Positions 49,425-57,970 of a stretch of 64,000 nt of DNA are shown here, piece by piece. Position 1 is the first letter of the stretch. Every line of letters starts with the position of its first letter. Position numbers and translations under genes: made by a program. The DNA is from an uncultured virus (IMG/VR IMGVR_UViG_3300030104_004432) (taxonomy: Duplodnaviria > Heunggongvirae > Uroviricota > Caudoviricetes): IMG/VR virus record IMGVR_UViG_3300030104_004432; one strand, given 5' to 3'. A model generated the notes under the pieces. That model ran no database searches. It saw only the letters and a list, made by a program, of their open reading frames with translations, and was not told the DNA's origin.

Positions 49425-51133
49425 TTACCTTCAAAAATATAAAGTGGAAAAATTTCTTAAGTACTGGTAACAACTGGTCTGAAATTAATTTTCTTGAGCA
49501 TAATACTAATTTGATAGTAGGTACTAATGGTGCTGGTAAATCTACCATGTTAGATGCACTTACCTTTGCTTTATTCAATAAACCATTTCGTAAGATTAAT
49601 AAAGGGCAGTTGATTAATACTGTCAATGAAAAAGATTGTATTGTTGAAATAGAATTTAATGTTAATAATCGTGAGTATCTTGTAAGAAGAGGAATTAAAC
49701 CTAATATATTTGATATTGAAGTTGATGGCAATCCACTTCACAAACAAGCTGATGATAGAACGAATCAAAAAATATTAGAAGATACTATATTAAAAGTAAA
49801 TTATAAGTCCTTTACTCAAATTGTAATCCTGGGTAGTAGCACTTTTGTACCCTTTATGCAATTGAGTGGTTCTAATCGTAGAGATGTTATTGAGGATTTA
49901 CTGGACATACGTATATTCTCGGCTATGAATAGTTTGATTAAAGAAAAGATTAGAACACAAAAGGATAAAATTAAGTCTTTAGATTTGAAGAAAGATAATC
50001 TTAAAGATAAGATGTCTATGCAAAAGAATTTTATTAAGGAATTGGAAGAGCAGGGTAATAATAATATTGAAAATAATAAGCAAAAGATTAAAACATTGAG
50101 TATTGAAAATGATACTCATATGGAAAAAAATGGACTTGTTGAAGCAGATATATCAGACTTACTTAAGGAGCAAGAAGTTGTTGCTGGTGCTGGTGAAAAG
50201 TTAGTGAAACTTAATAATCTTAAGGGTAAAATTACTCAAAAAGTAGCAACAATTACCAAAGAACATAAGTTTTTCACAGATAATACGGTATGTCCCACCT
50301 GTACTCAGGATATAGAAGAAGAGTTTCGTGTAAATAGAATTGCTGACGTTCAAGATAAAGCAAAGGAGTTGCAAACTGGTTATAAAGAACTAGAGGAGAC
50401 AATTCAAAAAGAAAAGGACAGAGAACGTCAATTTACAAAATTATCTAAGGAGATTACTCAACTCAACCATGGCATTTCTCAAAACAATACTCGAATCAGT
50501 CTCAACCAAAGACAAATCCGAGATCTTGAAGAAGAAGTTCAAAAAATTACCGAACAATTTAAAAACAGAAATACTGAGCATGAGAAGTTAGCAGAGTTTA
50601 AAGAGAACCTCCAAAAAACAATCGAAGACCTATCAGAGAAAAAGGAAGATATTAATCATTACGATTTTGCCTATTCTTTGTTGAGGGATGATGGAGTTAA
50701 GACAAAAATAATCAAGAAGTATCTACCACTTATTAATCAACAGGTAAATCGTTATCTTCAGTTGATGGATTTCTATATTAATTTTACATTGGATGAGGAG
50801 TTTAATGAAACGGTAAAATCACCGATTCACGAAGATTTCTCATATTCATCATTCAGTGAAGGTGAGAAGATGAGGATTGACTTGGCACTACTCTTTACCT
50901 GGAGAGAAGTTGCTAGGGTAAAGAATTCTGTGAATACAAATCTTCTTATCATGGATGAGGTGTTTGATAGTTCCCTTGATGGATTTGGAACAGAAGAATT
51001 TCTTAAGATTATTAGATATATAATAAAGGGTGCTAACATTTTTGTTATATCTCATAAGACTGACCTTAATGACAAGTTTGACAATATAATAAAATTTGAT
51101 AAAATAAAGGGATTCAGTAGAATGGTTCAATGA
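49421..51133 (+). CDS. g46: Recombination ATPase subunit gp46 (SbcC/Rad50-like)
   Basis: 'GTNGAGKST', zinc hook 'CPTC', signature 'FSEGEK', 'IMDEVFD', 'ISH'. Confidence 0.96.
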   Translation: MITFKNIKWKNFLSTGNNWSEINFLEHNTNLIVGTNGAGKSTMLDALTFALFNKPFRKINKGQLINTVNEKDCIVEIEFNVNNREYLVRRGIKPNIFDIEVDGNPLHKQADDRTNQKILEDTILKVNYKSFTQIVILGSSTFVPFMQLSGSNRRDVIEDLLDIRIFSAMNSLIKEKIRTQKDKIKSLDLKKDNLKDKMSMQKNFIKELEEQGNNNIENNKQKIKTLSIENDTHMEKNGLVEADISDLLKEQEVVAGAGEKLVKLNNLKGKITQKVATITKEHKFFTDNTVCPTCTQDIEEEFRVNRIADVQDKAKELQTGYKELEETIQKEKDRERQFTKLSKEITQLNHGISQNNTRISLNQRQIRDLEEEVQKITEQFKNRNTEHEKLAEFKENLQKTIEDLSEKKEDINHYDFAYSLLRDDGVKTKIIKKYLPLINQQVNRYLQLMDFYINFTLDEEFNETVKSPIHEDFSYSSFSEGEKMRIDLALLFTWREVARVKNSVNTNLLIMDEVFDSSLDGFGTEEFLKIIRYIIKGANIFVISHKTDLNDKFDNIIKFDKIKGFSRMVQ

Positions 51134-51711
51134 GTAATGTTGAATTAATAAGATTATTCCCAACATTAATCTATGATGTAGATTGCTCCGAATTGATTGA
51201 TGATGTATTACTTGAATTTCATAATGCTAAATGGAAGAATCAAAATGCTGTTGTTAATGATACTCATTTTACATTAAAGAAAAATAAAAAACTTACTAAA
51301 AAGTTTAATGATGTTGTAAATGATGCTTTAAAGGATCATGAATATCAGGTTTCTTTAAAAATGTCTACTAGTTGGTTTACTCGTGTTAAACCATATACTT
51401 CTGGTAAAAATCATTACCATGTAAATTCTTTTTATAGTGGTGTTTTTTATTTTAATGAAGATTGCTCTAATCTTGTTGTTGAAAGGGAATTGCCACAAAT
51501 TCATGTTCCTTGGAATACTAAGGATTTTAGTTTGATTCCTGCGGGAAATGTTGGACTATCACCACAAAAGGGTCATATGCTATTGATTCCTGGTAATATA
51601 AGGCATTATATTAAGGAGAATGAGACCAATCATGATCGTCATTCACTTGCTATGAATTTTATGCCAAGTGGATTTTGTGATTTTCAGGACTCATCACACA
51701 ATTACAGATGA
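51130..51711 (+). CDS. 2OG-Fe(II) oxygenase family protein
   Basis: 'LFPT', 'SW', 'HYH.NSFYSGVFY', 'G..LL.P..I.H', 'R.SLAMN'. Confidence 0.8.
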   Translation: MSNVELIRLFPTLIYDVDCSELIDDVLLEFHNAKWKNQNAVVNDTHFTLKKNKKLTKKFNDVVNDALKDHEYQVSLKMSTSWFTRVKPYTSGKNHYHVNSFYSGVFYFNEDCSNLVVERELPQIHVPWNTKDFSLIPAGNVGLSPQKGHMLLIPGNIRHYIKENETNHDRHSLAMNFMPSGFCDFQDSSHNYR

Positions 51712-51887
51712 ATAAACCTAACTGGCAACACAATTCGGGTAAGCCACCGAAACGAAAACTTAAACCACAGGCACTACGTGCTGCAAGAGAAAGACGCAGA
51801 CAGTTGATAAAGCGTCTACAGAACCCCACCAATCGTGGGGTTTCGTCGTATAATAGGTTCATAAGCAAAAACACAGATGCCAGTTAA
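51708..51887 (+). CDS. Small basic hypothetical protein (59 aa, MNKPNWQHNSGK...)
   Basis: Manually translated; ATGA overlap with the oxygenase stop; 3' part overlaps the promoter element. Confidence 0.6.
   Translation: MNKPNWQHNSGKPPKRKLKPQALRAARERRRQLIKRLQNPTNRGVSSYNRFISKNTDAS
51798..51854 (+). promoter_or_regulatory. Dyad + hairpin + TATAAT promoter element (copy 1)
   Basis: AGACAGTTGATAAAGCGTCT; hairpin AACCCCAC-caatc-GTGGGGTT; TATAAT at 51849. Confidence 0.7.
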
Positions 51888-54093
51888 TCACGAAATTAAA
51901 TCTCAACTCGCAAAATTACTTGCTACTGAAGACCTTGTAGTAGAGCATAAGCAAGTAGAGACAGCACAATTTAATGTTCATACTCGTGTTTTGACATTAC
52001 CAGTATGGGAAAAGGCATCTAATAACGTGTATGATTCTTTGGTGGCACATGAAGTAGGACATGCATTATTCACACCAGATCTTGATTGGACAGAAACACA
52101 TAAGATTCCACAACCATTTGTGAATATTGTTGAGGATGCTAGAATTGAAAAGTTGATGAGAAGAAAGTATGCTGGTATTGCAAAAACTTTCTTTAGAGGG
52201 TATAATGAACTCAATGATAATGATTTTTTTGAGATAGATGATCAAGATATTGATACTCTTAACCTTGCTGATAGGGCTAATTTATATTTCAAGATTGGTT
52301 CGTTCGTTAATATATCTTTTTCAGATGCTGAGAAGGAGATTATCTCTTTAATTGAAAAGTGTGAAACCTTTGAAGAAGTATTAGATGCTTCTAAAGTTCT
52401 CTATGATTATTGTAAGCAGAAACAAGAAGAAGATGCTGAAGAGGAAGTGGAAGCAAATATTGAAATGCAATCTACTCAAGGTGGTGGAACATCATTAGGT
52501 GATTCTGAGAAGACTGAGGAAAAGGAAGAAGTTGACCTTGACCATCAACCAGAATCATCTGAGCAGGGATTTGATAGTGAGCAAGAATCTGATAGTTCTA
52601 ATACTGGTTTTCCTAAAAAACCTACAGCAGCAGGAACTAGGGGAAGTGAGAATTTTGAACCAGAAGTAAAAACTGCTGATGCATTAGCAAATGCTATAAA
52701 AGATTTGGTGGGTCAGGGTGGTAGAGATAATGTATATGTTGAAATTCCTAAGTTGAAATTAAAAGATATTATTATTCCTAATAAAGATATTCATGATGAA
52801 TGTCAGAAATGTTGGGATGAATATCTATTAAGTGATTCTGGTAAAGTATATGAAAATGATGATGAAATAAATCATGAAGAAATGAATGCAAAATATTATA
52901 GGTACATACCAGTTAATGGTCTTAAAGGTGTTGATAAAGAATTTGAAAAATTTAAGAAGTCTGCACAAAAAGAAGTTAATTATCTTGTAAAAGAGTTTGA
53001 GTGTAAGAAATCTGCCAGTGCATATGCTCGTGCAACTGTTGCAAAGACAGGTGTTTTGGATACATCAAAACTTCATACTTACAAGTATAATGAAGACCTT
53101 TTCAAAAAAGTAACTGTAATTCCTGAAGGTAAAAATCATGGGTTAATTTTTATTCTTGATTGGTCAGGGTCAATGTCTGATGTAATGGTAGATACTCTAA
53201 AGCAACTTTATAATTTACTTTGGTTCTGTAAGAAAGTTAATATACCTTTTGATGTTTATGCCTTTACTAATAATCATCCTGGATATGATAATAGTGAACT
53301 GAAAGATTGTGCATATGAACCAAAAGAAGGTTTATTGGATGTGTGTAGATGGTTCTCTTTATTGAATATGTTTACAAGTAGTGTAAATGGAAAAACATTA
53401 GATCAGCAAATGAAAAATATTTTTCGTGTTGCTTATGGTTTCCGTAATAGTGTTAGATATCATTGCCCACAATCACTTTCTTTATCTGGAACTCCTTTGA
53501 ATGAATCATTAATTGCTCTTCATCAAATCATTCCACAATTTAAAGATAAGAATAAAGTTGAAAAAGTTCAGTGTGTTATTTTGACTGATGGTGAAGCATA
53601 TCCATTAAGATATCATCGTGAAGTTCAAAGAGACTGGGAAAATTCTCCTTATCTGGGAACTAATGAAACTGGAGATCATACATTTTTACGTGATCGTAAG
53701 ACTGGTAAAACATATAAAATGTCGTGGAATTATCATGAGTCTACAGATGTATACCTTAAAAACTTAAGGGACAATTTTCCAAATAGTAATTTTATTGGTA
53801 TTAGAATTATGTCTTCAAGAGATGCAGGATCATTTATCAGAAGGTATTGTCAATATGGTTCAGAATATGATACAATACACAAAAGGTGGAGAAAGGAGAA
53901 GTGCTTCTCTATTAAAACTTCAGGGTATGATACTTACTTTGGATTATCATCAAATGATTTATCAAATGATGATGAGTTTGAAGTAAAGGATGACGCATCC
54001 AAAACAGAGATTAAACGTGCTTTCATTAAATCTCTTAAAACCAAGAAATTAAATAAAAAGATTCTTGGTGAATTTGTTGACTTGGTGGCTTAA
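51877..54093 (+). CDS. CobT-like protein: HExxH peptidase-like domain, acidic linker and vWA domain
   Basis: 'HEVGH', 'NIVEDARIE', D/E-rich linker, MIDAS 'DWSGSM', 'GTPL', 'LTDG'. Confidence 0.85.
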   Translation: MPVNHEIKSQLAKLLATEDLVVEHKQVETAQFNVHTRVLTLPVWEKASNNVYDSLVAHEVGHALFTPDLDWTETHKIPQPFVNIVEDARIEKLMRRKYAGIAKTFFRGYNELNDNDFFEIDDQDIDTLNLADRANLYFKIGSFVNISFSDAEKEIISLIEKCETFEEVLDASKVLYDYCKQKQEEDAEEEVEANIEMQSTQGGGTSLGDSEKTEEKEEVDLDHQPESSEQGFDSEQESDSSNTGFPKKPTAAGTRGSENFEPEVKTADALANAIKDLVGQGGRDNVYVEIPKLKLKDIIIPNKDIHDECQKCWDEYLLSDSGKVYENDDEINHEEMNAKYYRYIPVNGLKGVDKEFEKFKKSAQKEVNYLVKEFECKKSASAYARATVAKTGVLDTSKLHTYKYNEDLFKKVTVIPEGKNHGLIFILDWSGSMSDVMVDTLKQLYNLLWFCKKVNIPFDVYAFTNNHPGYDNSELKDCAYEPKEGLLDVCRWFSLLNMFTSSVNGKTLDQQMKNIFRVAYGFRNSVRYHCPQSLSLSGTPLNESLIALHQIIPQFKDKNKVEKVQCVILTDGEAYPLRYHREVQRDWENSPYLGTNETGDHTFLRDRKTGKTYKMSWNYHESTDVYLKNLRDNFPNSNFIGIRIMSSRDAGSFIRRYCQYGSEYDTIHKRWRKEKCFSIKTSGYDTYFGLSSNDLSNDDEFEVKDDASKTEIKRAFIKSLKTKKLNKKILGEFVDLVA

Positions 54094-54095
54094 TT

Positions 54096-54497
54096 ATGGC
54101 AATTTACGACGACATTAAAATCACTATCAACCTCAATGAGTTGGTAGAGGTAAGAGCAAAACTCTTGACTCAATATGGAGATTACTCAGATAAAGTAGTT
54201 AAAGGTGAGTATCTAGATGGATCTGATATTGATCGTATCGCAACTGGATTAAGAGATACTTTAACTTGGGACACACTTTATCATATGATAGATGGTGCTG
54301 TATTAGATTATATGGGTTTAAGATCTGCTATTACAGAACATAGAACTCATTATGGTGAGACAACTATTGAAACCATTGAACTAACAATGGAGAAGGAGAA
54401 GAAGGCAAGAGAGAAGGAGTTTAAGAAAAACTTTGACGTAGTTAAGTTAGAATCATCCTCATGGACTATTGATGTACCAGTGAGGAAAAGGTCTTAA
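54096..54497 (+). CDS. Hypothetical protein (133 aa)
   Basis: ORF tightly packed after the CobT-like gene. Confidence 0.75.
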   Translation: MAIYDDIKITINLNELVEVRAKLLTQYGDYSDKVVKGEYLDGSDIDRIATGLRDTLTWDTLYHMIDGAVLDYMGLRSAITEHRTHYGETTIETIELTMEKEKKAREKEFKKNFDVVKLESSSWTIDVPVRKRS

Positions 54498-54543
54498 GCA
54501 AACCTTAAATGATTAAATAATTTGGAATCAACACAAAAGACTT

Positions 54544-54678
54544 ATGAGCGGTGACTGCAAAAATCAACCAGTGATTTTCTATTCGGAAGAAATGACGGAA
54601 TCAAAAATTTCACTTCTACTTCAACATGGAGTTAAGTTTAAGAATCGTGAGTATTCTATTGAGGAAGAAGAAGAATAA
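54544..54678 (+). CDS. Small hypothetical protein (44 aa, MSGDCKNQP...)
   Basis: Manually translated ORF filling the gap. Confidence 0.5.
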   Translation: MSGDCKNQPVIFYSEEMTESKISLLLQHGVKFKNREYSIEEEEE

Positions 54679-54681
54679 ATA
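54675..54681 (+). promoter_or_regulatory. Late promoter variant ATAAATA
   Basis: About 20 nt upstream of the CTS-bearing gene. Confidence 0.55.
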
Positions 54682-54701
54682 ATAAAAAAGTGTCACTGAT
54701 A

Positions 54702-55211
54702 ATGAAAACTTTTAAGGAATTTTTAGAAGAAAGTAGTCTGAGTAGGATAAAATCTAAATCAGATAAAGGGGGTATAGCAGTCATCTCTGGAAGTCGTGGT
54801 GACAAATCAAAGAAAGAAAATAAGGCAAGAGCAAAGCAGTTAGATAAAGATATCAAGGGTAAGGGTCTTCCTGGTGCAACTAAAGTATCTGGAAGATGGG
54901 ATGAGAAGGACGACAAGACTGGTAAAACCACAAAGGTTAAAGAGAGAAGTCATGTTGTCAGTTCTGGTAAGAAGGGTAAGAGGGCATTCAAGAAAGCAGT
55001 CAAGGCACTAGGTAAGAAGTATGGTCAGGATGCGGTCTTGACACAAACTAAAAAAACTGGTACAGTATCAGCAACTAGAAAAGGTGGACTCGGCAAAGAT
55101 AGTCAAGGTAGAAACGTTAAAAGAATAAAAGCAGGTAAATTTAAACCAGGTCAAACTTCACCAGAAGGTGATACTAAAATTAAAGGAAAAACCTTTGCTT
55201 ACAAAAAATGA
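54702..55211 (+). CDS. Lys-rich protein with a capsid-targeting sequence (candidate internal head protein)
   Basis: Starts MKTFKEFLEE; body 'S.SR...EN..R..QL...G.W.E...E.S.VV...LG.KYGQD.VL'. Confidence 0.8.
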   Translation: MKTFKEFLEESSLSRIKSKSDKGGIAVISGSRGDKSKKENKARAKQLDKDIKGKGLPGATKVSGRWDEKDDKTGKTTKVKERSHVVSSGKKGKRAFKKAVKALGKKYGQDAVLTQTKKTGTVSATRKGGLGKDSQGRNVKRIKAGKFKPGQTSPEGDTKIKGKTFAYKK

Positions 55212-55450
55212 CAAACAAACTTTATGATGATTCCCATTGGAGGGAAGAGTACAAATCTTACACCAGTAATGAAAGGCATCTTGAACTGCTAGAGAAAGGA
55301 CCAGACAGTCTTTCATCTAGCTGGATCTTGCAAGCACTATATGGCAAATGGAAAAAGATGAAGGGATATGATAAGTTAGATCCTAAAGAAAATGAAGGTC
55401 AATTACAATCGTCTTTAGGTGAGTTTTTTAAAAAGACAAGAGACAATTAA
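55208..55450 (+). CDS. Conserved hypothetical protein (80 aa)
   Basis: 'WREEYK', 'ELLEKGP.SLS.SW..QA.Y..WKK.KGY'. Confidence 0.75.
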   Translation: MTNKLYDDSHWREEYKSYTSNERHLELLEKGPDSLSSSWILQALYGKWKKMKGYDKLDPKENEGQLQSSLGEFFKKTRDN

Positions 55451-55497
55451 ATAAGTGTCCACGAGGGTCTATATGACCCTCTTTTTTGTATTATAAT
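55441..55497 (+). promoter_or_regulatory. Dyad + hairpin + TATAAT promoter element (copy 2); the hairpin may also act as a terminator
   Basis: AGACAATTAAATAAGTGTCC; hairpin GAGGGTC-tatat-GACCCTC followed by a T run; TATAAT at 55492. Confidence 0.7.
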
Positions 55498-55519
55498 ATG
55501 TTCAGTTAAATAAAACACA

Positions 55520-56617
55520 ATGCCTTTTGAAATTAAGATGACTGAAGACCAAGTAGTAGATGGATTGAGAAGTGCTTATGGTACAGAATTTACTGCTGCT
55601 GACATCAAGGGATTTTGTTCTATGAATGACATCACTTACCAAACAGTAACTAAGAAATTGAAAAAGTATAAGGTTGCTAAGGGTAGGTGGAATTTAGAAG
55701 TTACAACTAAAGCAGTTGAGAATATTGAAAAATCATTTAGTGCACCTGCTGTAGTTCCTTCAGAAATTCAAAATCTAGTTCCTGAAAAGGATGATACTTT
55801 TGTTCCATTTGGTAGTTTTAAAGATGTTAAAAAAATCATACAAAGTAGTGTTTTTTATCCTGCTTTTATCACTGGACTCTCTGGAAATGGTAAAACATTT
55901 TCTGTAGAGCAAGCATGTGCTCAACTTGGTAGAGAACTTATTCGTGTAAACATTACTATTGAAACTGATGAAGACGATCTTATTGGTGGGTTCCGTCTTG
56001 TGGATGGGGCAACTGTTTGGCATAACGGACCTGTCGTTGAAGCACTTGAACGAGGAGCAGTCTTGTTACTCGATGAGATTGACTTGGCTAGTAACAAAAT
56101 CTTATGCCTCCAATCCATACTTGAAGGTAAAGGGGTGTTCCTCAAAAAAATCGGTAGAGTGGTCAGACCTGCGGTAGGATTTAATGTTATTGCCACTGCA
56201 AATACTAAGGGTAAGGGTTCTGATGATGGTAGGTTCATAGGAACTAATGTTCTTAATGAAGCATTCCTGGAAAGATTCCCTGTAACTTTTGAGCAAGATT
56301 ATCCATCACCAACTACTGAGAATAGAATTTTGGGTGCAGTTGCTGCTCATTTGGGTGTTACTGATACTGATTTCTGTAAGAGATTAGTTGATTGGGGTGA
56401 CATAATCCGCAAAACATTCTATGATGGTGGTGTGGATGAGATTATTAGTACTCGTCGTTTAGTTCACATTCTTCGTGCATATAGCATCTTTAATAATAAA
56501 GCAAAGGCAATCCAAGTATGTGTTAACAGATTTGATGATGATACTAAGCAATCATTCCTTGAATTGTATGATAAAGTGGATGCTGATTTTCAACTTGACG
56601 ATAAGGAGGTAAACTGA
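55520..56617 (+). CDS. cobS: CobS-like (MoxR-related) AAA+ ATPase
   Basis: Walker A 'GLSGNGKT', 'RVNITIETDEDDLIGG', Walker B 'LLLDEID', 'ATANTKG', 'NEAFLERF', 'ISTRRL'. Confidence 0.88.
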   Translation: MPFEIKMTEDQVVDGLRSAYGTEFTAADIKGFCSMNDITYQTVTKKLKKYKVAKGRWNLEVTTKAVENIEKSFSAPAVVPSEIQNLVPEKDDTFVPFGSFKDVKKIIQSSVFYPAFITGLSGNGKTFSVEQACAQLGRELIRVNITIETDEDDLIGGFRLVDGATVWHNGPVVEALERGAVLLLDEIDLASNKILCLQSILEGKGVFLKKIGRVVRPAVGFNVIATANTKGKGSDDGRFIGTNVLNEAFLERFPVTFEQDYPSPTTENRILGAVAAHLGVTDTDFCKRLVDWGDIIRKTFYDGGVDEIISTRRLVHILRAYSIFNNKAKAIQVCVNRFDDDTKQSFLELYDKVDADFQLDDKEVN

Positions 56618-56623
56618 TATAAT
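56595..56623 (+). promoter_or_regulatory. Sigma70-type promoter
   Basis: TTGACG (56595-56600), 17-nt spacer, TATAAT (56618-56623) with extended TG. Confidence 0.65.
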
Positions 56624-57281
56624 GGTTAATGCTTGGAGTTTACTTTATGATGAACTTTATGGAGATGATAAAATGACTGATGAAAACAGAGTGACACCAC
56701 AAGAAAGTGATGAGTATGATCCAATAAAAACAAGTACTGATTTGGTTGATGGTATTACTATTAGTGGATTAGAAGATGGGATTAGTATTAGTACTAATCC
56801 TGATGATTATGAGCATTCACAATATTGGTATGATTATAACCGTAATGATCCTAGTATGCCAAATCCTTTTGCTACTGATCCTCTTGCAGATAATGATGAC
56901 CAAATTGCACATCATATTCAGATAAATACATCGGCTAATCTAAAGGAGAATATGTCAGACAGCAGGAACAAGTATCATGAAAAAGAGATACTTAAAGATG
57001 TAGAAGAGTATGTATCACGTACTTATAATGGACATTATACTGGAACCAAACATGAGTACCGTAATGTTCAGACTTTAGACTTGATGGCAGCAAGAGATCT
57101 TGCTTCTGATTTTTGTCAAGCAAATATACTTAAATATGGTAGTCGATACGGAAGTAAGGATGGAAAAAATAAAAAAGACTTGATGAAAGTGATACATTAT
57201 GCTATGCTGTTATTACATTTTGATGAACATTACGGTAAACCATCAATGACTAGTGGGAATATTGACCACAACATGCCTTAA
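56622..57281 (+). CDS. Hypothetical protein with a C-terminal DUF3310/nucleotide-kinase-like domain
   Basis: 'TY.GHY', 'FCQANILKY.SRYG.K.G....DL.K.IHYA'; acidic N-terminal extension. Confidence 0.65.
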   Translation: MVNAWSLLYDELYGDDKMTDENRVTPQESDEYDPIKTSTDLVDGITISGLEDGISISTNPDDYEHSQYWYDYNRNDPSMPNPFATDPLADNDDQIAHHIQINTSANLKENMSDSRNKYHEKEILKDVEEYVSRTYNGHYTGTKHEYRNVQTLDLMAARDLASDFCQANILKYGSRYGSKDGKNKKDLMKVIHYAMLLLHFDEHYGKPSMTSGNIDHNMP

Positions 57282-57283
57282 TT

Positions 57284-57970
57284 ATGAAACTTAGAGACCA
57301 AACTATGAATTTATCTGAAAAAACTCTAACAATCCTTAAAAACTTTGCTGGTATTAACAATTCCATTCTTGTAAAGAAAGGGAACAATCTTCGTACCATT
57401 TCTGTTGCTAAGAATATTCTTGCAGAAGCAGAAATCGTTGAAGATTTTTCAAGAGATTTTGCAATCTATGATTTGAATCAGTTCTTGAATGGACTTGGAT
57501 TACATCAGGATCCTGATCTTGATTTTACTGAGAATTCTTATTTGACTATTCGTGAAGGTAAGAGGAGAGTAAAGTATTTCTTTGCAGATCCTAATGTTAT
57601 TATTTCTCCACCAGATAAGGAGATTAGTCTTCCTACAGAAGATGTTCATTTCCAACTTGATAGTGTTACCTTAGAGAAACTACTTAAGGCAGCAGCAGTA
57701 TATCAACTACCTGATTTCTCAGCAGTTGGTGGTGCAGGTGTTGTTAAACTTGTTGTACGTGACAAGAAGAATGATACTTCTAATGAGTTTGCCATTGTAG
57801 TTGGTGAGACCGATAAAGAGTTTATCTTTAACTTTAAGGTTGAGAATATTAAGATTATTCCTGGTGCATATGATGTAGTAGTTTCTTCTAAACTATTATC
57901 ACAGTTTACAAATTCAACTTATAATTTGAAATACTTTATTGCACTTGAACCAGATTCCACTTTTGAATAA
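57284..57970 (+). CDS. g45: Sliding clamp gp45
   Basis: 'LS.KTL.ILKNFA.IN.SI', 'FAIYDLN.FL', 'F.FKVEN.K..PG.Y.V', 'YFIALE'. Confidence 0.95.
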   Translation: MKLRDQTMNLSEKTLTILKNFAGINNSILVKKGNNLRTISVAKNILAEAEIVEDFSRDFAIYDLNQFLNGLGLHQDPDLDFTENSYLTIREGKRRVKYFFADPNVIISPPDKEISLPTEDVHFQLDSVTLEKLLKAAAVYQLPDFSAVGGAGVVKLVVRDKKNDTSNEFAIVVGETDKEFIFNFKVENIKIIPGAYDVVVSSKLLSQFTNSTYNLKYFIALEPDSTFE

